DNA of 64,000 nucleotides. It comes from Archaeoglobus sp. JdFR-22 (GTDB taxonomy: Archaea; Halobacteriota; Archaeoglobi; Archaeoglobales; Archaeoglobaceae). Under the pieces are notes generated by a model that was not told the DNA's origin, searched no databases, and saw only the letters and a list, made by a program, of their open reading frames with translations. The DNA lies in the NCBI GenBank assembly GCA_002010045.1, contig MTMJ01000022.1:18832-82831 (forward strand). Direction: 5' to 3'. The position numbers and the translations under genes were made by a program. This document shows positions 63,136 through 64,000 of this stretch, piece after piece; position 1 is the stretch's first letter; the number at the start of each line of letters is the position of its first letter.

Positions 63136-63864
63136 TTACAGAATGTTGCCAAAGTAATAGTAAACTTTGGGCTTCGTTCCAAGTTCCGGTCTCAATCTTT
63201 CAATCTCGACATTTCTGAGGTACTGTCGTACAACACTGCCTGAATCCATCAAATCACCAAATCTTCTTGCCCCGGTTGGACAGACAAATACACATGCCGG
63301 CTCAAGCCCCCTCTGAATTCTGTGGTAGCACCAGTTACATTTATCTGCAAGACCTCTCAGTTTTTTAACTGAATAGTCATCTGGATAGAGATATCTCGCT
63401 CCATATGGGCAAGCCTGAACACAGTACCCACAACCTATGCATTTATCCCAGTCCATGATAACAACTCCATCCGAAGTGAGATGAGTTGCGTTTACGGGGC
63501 AGACATTGACACATGGCGGATCATCACACTGATTGCATAGTTTCGGTACAAAGAAACCTGTTTTGATGTTTTCCACTTCAGGAGGATGAATTGCATAACC
63601 TTCCTCTCCCATTTCTGGAGAATCGACAATTACCTCTCCATCATTCGTAATCTGGTATCTTTCAACCCACGTTCTGTACTCGCCTTCAGGCACGCTGTTC
63701 TCAGCTCTGCATGCCTGAACACATTTCCCGCAGCCAATGCATCTCGTTAAATCCACAACAAAACCCCAGTAATTTCTTGTGAACTTTGAGGATGAGACAG
63801 TAGAAAGACCGCCAACAACAACCACAGCTTTCAGACCGAGCTTGAGAAATTCTCTCCTGTCCAT
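63136..63864 (-). CDS. Tat-exported 4x[4Fe-4S] subunit (DmsB/PsrB/NrfC family)
   Basis: 242 aa; twin-arginine signal MDRREFLKLG; CIGCGKCVQAC, CNQCDDPPCVNVCP, CIGCGYCVQACP, CNWC...CVFVCP. Confidence 0.85.
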   Translation of the reverse strand: MDRREFLKLGLKAVVVVGGLSTVSSSKFTRNYWGFVVDLTRCIGCGKCVQACRAENSVPEGEYRTWVERYQITNDGEVIVDSPEMGEEGYAIHPPEVENIKTGFFVPKLCNQCDDPPCVNVCPVNATHLTSDGVVIMDWDKCIGCGYCVQACPYGARYLYPDDYSVKKLRGLADKCNWCYHRIQRGLEPACVFVCPTGARRFGDLMDSGSVVRQYLRNVEIERLRPELGTKPKVYYYFGNIL

Positions 63865-63865
63865 T

Positions 63866-64000
63866 TCACTCCCCTCCTGTATACACTATAGACTTTGGAG
63901 GCCATGGATTATGTGGATTGTGGCATTGAGCACACTTCACTCCGGGAAAATGATCATCAAGACCAACTTTAACAAGAACATTCGGTTTGTAGGGGATTTC
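63866..64000 (-). CDS. C-terminal end of a further c-type cytochrome (partial, runs off the window)
   Basis: The last 44 codons read EIPYKPNVLVKVGLDDHFPGVKCAQCHNPHNPWPPKSIVYTGGE, with a CAQCH haem motif. The stop lies 1 nt before the FeS-subunit ATG. Confidence 0.5.
   Translation of the reverse strand, partial: EIPYKPNVLVKVGLDDHFPGVKCAQCHNPHNPWPPKSIVYTGGE

Noticed and set aside
1-64000. CRISPR arrays, rRNA genes, IS elements or transposases
   Set aside because: No regularly spaced direct repeats, no rRNA-like conserved segments and no transposase- or integrase-like ORFs were seen anywhere in the window.

Overview
This 64-kb window looks like a densely coded (about 90 percent) chromosomal segment of an Archaeoglobales-type euryarchaeon. 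Supporting markers are class I LysRS, archaeal-type PEP carboxylase, aRF1, MfnA, tungsten AOR, alternative haem-pathway genes, multihaem c-type cytochromes, and an hsr1-cdc48-hsp20 heat-shock operon carrying a CTAAC-N5-GTTAG operator. Most of the window is ordinary housekeeping: glyA, trpB2, lysK, argS, proS, uppS, prf1, moaA/mobA, hisC and transporters. The main accessory region is a roughly 15-kb island (33.2-48.3 kb) directly 3' of an intron-containing tRNA-Asn(GUU). It holds an intact SNF2/DUF3883 helicase, a DUF1156-type Zn-ribbon DNA methylase and a DUF499-type ATPase. This triad has been predicted as a defence system (Hma-type) but is experimentally uncharacterised. Between the core genes sit three toxin-antitoxin-like modules, several orphan genes (a PD-(D/E)xK protein, a possible TGT-like barrel protein, an MBL hydrolase) and four broken accessory genes. 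Other observations are listed here.
- A ~300-nt run of about ten back-to-back stem-loops lies between a vapBC cassette and proS.
- Repeated hairpin motifs flank that vapBC cassette.
- A 44-nt perfect intragenic repeat links the two AAA domains of cdc48.
- A frameshifted PEF-CTERM surface protein is present.
- A G-quadruplex-capable tract is present.
- A cluster of lipobox-bearing pentahaem cytochromes sits next to a Tat-exported FeS protein.
No CRISPR array, rRNA, IS element or integrase was found. All functional calls come from motif recognition by eye; no database search or computation was run.
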